The position numbers were made by a program, and so were the translations under genes. Under the pieces are notes generated by a model, which was given only the letters and a program-made list of their open reading frames with translations, did not search any database and was not told where the DNA came from. Shown here in pieces: positions 61,751-64,000 of a stretch of DNA of 64,000 nt (its first letter is position 1; the number at the start of each line of letters is the position of its first letter). The stretch comes from Thermoanaerobaculia bacterium. Lineage in GTDB: Bacteria > Acidobacteriota > Thermoanaerobaculia > Multivoradales > Multivoraceae. The stretch spans positions 411 through 64,410 of the forward strand of contig JAJEBV010000050.1 in NCBI GenBank assembly GCA_022822365.1. The letters run 5' to 3'.

Positions 61751-62500
61751 TCACGCCCTCGCGGCTCGACTCACCAATTCGAACAGCTCTCTAGGGAGCG
61801 CCGTGTGACCGTCCCCCTGCCGCTCAAGCGTGTCCTTCTTCTCCTTCTCCGTAGAACTAGCAGTATAGATAATCAACGGCGTCTGATCCCCGTCCTTCCT
61901 CAACTTGCTGAGCAAGGCGTAGCCCGCCTGCTTGTCCTCCGGCCGGCCCATATCTGAGATGATCACGCCAGCACGTCGAAGCTTATGCTTCTCTAGAGCC
62001 TCCTGAGTCGAGCGGGCACAAGTGACGCTCCAGCCCAGGCTCTCAAACAACTCTCGCTCGAAAGCGTTATTGTCTGGTTTGTCATCAACCCACAGAATCT
62101 CCCGACGCGTCTCGTGGCCGCCCGTGAACCAAGGGGTCGAGAAGAGAATCGAACTCACTAGAGGCTCGATACTCTCCGGCCTGTTGGCGGCGCTTGTGCC
62201 CTTCGTCGTCGCGGCACCTAGAGAGACACTTGCTCTGATGAGATTCGCCAAGTCCTCGGGGCCATAGAGCTTCTCACTGTGCTTGGAGACCAACCACACA
62301 AATGTCGTAAGTACTGCCACCGGGAACGCCACCACGAAGTAAACGAGGGGAACGCGCTCCGGAACTGTGAGGAACTCACCCTGTATTATCGTCACTCCCG
62401 CCACGACCTCCACGAGACCAAGCGAGATCGCCACGATGGCGAGCGGGTTGAGAGGCAAACGGGAGCTGATGGCGCGGGAACGCTCTCTGATTGGATTCAC
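61751..62500 (-). CDS. membrane-anchored stand-alone receiver (REC) domain protein
   Basis: SD 'GGAGGAGG' then GTG. Two N-terminal TM helices, then 'ILWVDDKPDN...VIISDMGRP...PLIIYTAS' (acidic pair, phospho-acceptor Asp, conserved Thr) and no output domain. Lower-GC region. Confidence 0.5.
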   Translation of the reverse strand: MNPIRERSRAISSRLPLNPLAIVAISLGLVEVVAGVTIIQGEFLTVPERVPLVYFVVAFPVAVLTTFVWLVSKHSEKLYGPEDLANLIRASVSLGAATTKGTSAANRPESIEPLVSSILFSTPWFTGGHETRREILWVDDKPDNNAFERELFESLGWSVTCARSTQEALEKHKLRRAGVIISDMGRPEDKQAGYALLSKLRKDGDQTPLIIYTASSTEKEKKDTLERQGDGHTALPRELFELVSRAARA

Positions 62501-62707
62501 GGACCTCCTCCAGAGGACACAGGTATGGCGCTTCGAGCGAGCTCAGCACATCTGGGCACGACTCGTCATCGAGCGGGATAATCGCATCCCCTTAGGCAGT
62601 GACTATCGCCCCGTCGTCGGCAGCCTCTTGCTCATGTCATGGACTCTGCCATTCAAGCGCGGACTACGGAGAAGCTGAGGAGACGTAGCTGATCTCCGCC
62701 ACGGGCA

Positions 62708-63124
62708 TCACGCCGCCGTCAGACGCACCCGTTCCCCGTCCAGTTCGACCGTGGTCTTGGAGTAGGTCAGCTTCTGCACGATCTTGCCGTCCCTGAAGTG
62801 CAGAATATCGAGGCCGCGTCTGGCTTCGTGTTTGTCTCCCTGGCCCTTCTCGAACGAGGGTGAGTCGAGCTGCCAGCGGAAGAGCATCTTCTGTTCGACT
62901 TCGTCGATGAAGGTCTCTTCGGTCGTGAACTTGAAGTCTCCATGATTGGCGAACCATGGTGCCCATGCCGCACGGAGATTCTCCTTGCCGCGGACCGAGG
63001 CTCCGGTCCAGTTCTCGAAGTAGATCTCGTCGTCAAACAGGTCCATCACCCCGTCGAGGTCGTGCTCGTTCCAGGCGGCGCCCCATCTGGCGAACGCGCT
63101 GAACATTTCGTCTCGTGTCAGCAT
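62708..63124 (-). CDS. NTF2-like / SnoaL-like fold protein
   Basis: Strong SD 'AAGGAGGA' before ATG 63124. 'MLTRDEMFSAFARWGAAWNEHDLDGVMDLFDDEIYFENWTG...' is typical of the SnoaL_2/NTF2 fold. Confidence 0.6.
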   Translation of the reverse strand: MLTRDEMFSAFARWGAAWNEHDLDGVMDLFDDEIYFENWTGASVRGKENLRAAWAPWFANHGDFKFTTEETFIDEVEQKMLFRWQLDSPSFEKGQGDKHEARRGLDILHFRDGKIVQKLTYSKTTVELDGERVRLTAA

Positions 63125-63508
63125 GGTCTTCCTCCTTGGTGGCGGCACGGGCAACTCGCTGCGCCAGGAGTGTAGTCGACCGGCCCCACGGAGATCGGCT
63201 TGCAGCAGCGCGACGATGACGCCGACGCGATGCAGGGCGTCGCGTCGCGCGCACGCCGGGTTCGCCAGCGGCTCGGCCTGACCGGCGCGACGCGCGCTCT
63301 GCTCCGGCTACTCGGCAGATCGCCCTAGACCGCGCTGTGAGCGCCGTCCTGAAAGGCCGGAGTCCCGCGGCGGTGGCACGGCGGTAAAGGGAGCACTTCG
63401 TGGATGCGGGCACTTTCCGGGGCCATCAGCCGGTGTCGGATCCCCCGTGCGTTCCATCGTCCTCTTCCCTTCCAGTTCGCCGCGCGATACGGCGAGTTCC
63501 AAGAGGTC

Positions 63509-64000
63509 TCAATCTTCTCGGGCCGCTTGCCGAAGATAGTCCAGCAAGCTCTGCGGGAAGAGCACCGCGCCATTCGAGAAGCCGCTAGGCCCAACCGCCT
63601 TGTGCGCCACGCGAATGGCAGTACGGCAACAATCCGCAGCCTCTTCCTCTGTAACGCTCGGTGACCAATCGTGGAGGACCCTCCTTCGCCAGTCCTTCAA
63701 CTGGCGAAGATCACTGATTAGAGACTCGTCTACCCCGGCGCTCTCCATCTCATTGATGCGACCGGCAAACCACGGCGCATCTTTGCCATCCTTGCCGGGA
63801 TTCTCTACCGACCACCAGAGCATGGTAATCATCTCGGCCGCCATCCCACACATCGCAACAGCGGCAGTCTTGTCACCGAGTCCAAACGCCACCACCGCCG
63901 AACGGAGGGGCCAGACTATCCTGCTTATGATCCCCTCTTCGGCCGGCACGAACGCAAGCGTCGACCCGTCGGGAGCGACCTGGCGCCAGCGTTCGGCGAT
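63509..64000 (-). CDS. hypothetical protein, probably 5'-truncated by window end
   Basis: The frame stays open upstream of the annotated Met to the window end ('...RWRQVAPDGSTLAFVPAEEGIISRIVWP...'). Confidence 0.3.
   Translation of the reverse strand: MAERWRQVAPDGSTLAFVPAEEGIISRIVWPLRSAVVAFGLGDKTAAVAMCGMAAEMITMLWWSVENPGKDGKDAPWFAGRINEMESAGVDESLISDLRQLKDWRRRVLHDWSPSVTEEEAADCCRTAIRVAHKAVGPSGFSNGAVLFPQSLLDYLRQAARED

Noticed and set aside
1-64000. rRNA or tRNA genes
   Set aside because: No stretch shows the reduced GC, conserved rRNA motifs or cloverleaf-compatible tRNA structure. All non-coding gaps are under 250 bp and are occupied by repeats.

Overview
This window is high-GC (about 70%) bacterial chromosome with tightly packed genes. 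Domain content such as carboxypeptidase-regulatory-like TonB receptors and TPR/VWA/FG-GAP exported proteins suggests Acidobacteriota or Gemmatimonadota, but that is inference only. No rRNA, tRNA or CRISPR array was recognised. Many long six-frame ORFs are antisense, Arg-rich GC artefacts or read-through fusions and are not reported as genes.

Main blocks, in window order:
- 1-6.5 kb, minus strand: FG-GAP/ASPIC-UnbV protein (partial), two TPR proteins and a VWA protein.
- 6.5-16.7 kb: a glycan-utilisation locus with a LacI regulator and MFS transporter, a divergent TonB-dependent receptor, a GH3 beta-glucosidase and a Na+/solute symporter.
- 16.9-17.6 kb: vapBC toxin-antitoxin pair.
- 17.6-29.3 kb: a nine-gene co-directional operon. 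It encodes a cyt-c/SGDH/amidohydrolase fusion, an APC permease, a glutamine-synthetase-like gamma-glutamyl ligase, a cytochrome P450, a PuuD-type gamma-glutamyl hydrolase, an ADC-family protein, an FAH-family hydrolase, an aldehyde dehydrogenase and a VOC extradiol dioxygenase. I read it as a candidate gamma-glutamyl-mediated amine or aromatic-amine catabolic pathway that uses a P450 in place of a Rieske oxygenase.
- 29.4-38.2 kb: two amidohydrolase-3 paralogs, a TonB receptor and an S9 peptidase.
- 38.3-39.6 kb: a divergently oriented cytochrome-c protein.
- 39.6-47.0 kb: a Liv-type ABC importer operon with an embedded acyl-CoA synthetase and a TauD dioxygenase.
- 47.0-50.6 kb: a roughly 3-kb segment bracketed by about 300-bp inverted composite repeats. 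It holds a GrdB/PrdB-family gene with an in-frame TGA (putative selenocysteine) plus a downstream SECIS-like hairpin, and gabD.
- 50.6-53.4 kb and 58.5-61.7 kb: C5-dicarboxylate/CoA metabolism (MmgE/PrpD, acyl-CoA dehydrogenase, two MaoC hydratases, a family III CoA-transferase, a CitE-like lyase).
- 53.4-55.8 kb and 61.7-64 kb: two lower-GC islets.

The most unusual feature is a family of at least 16 palindromic REP/MITE-like repeats with a shared 'CTGGGTGCGC' head and a 7-bp GC hairpin with a TTCT loop. Several copies sit exactly at 5' gene ends. In at least three exported proteins the repeat appears to supply the only plausible GTG start codon and a conserved basic N-terminal leader ('[21 protein letters not shown]') directly ahead of the signal-peptide hydrophobic core.
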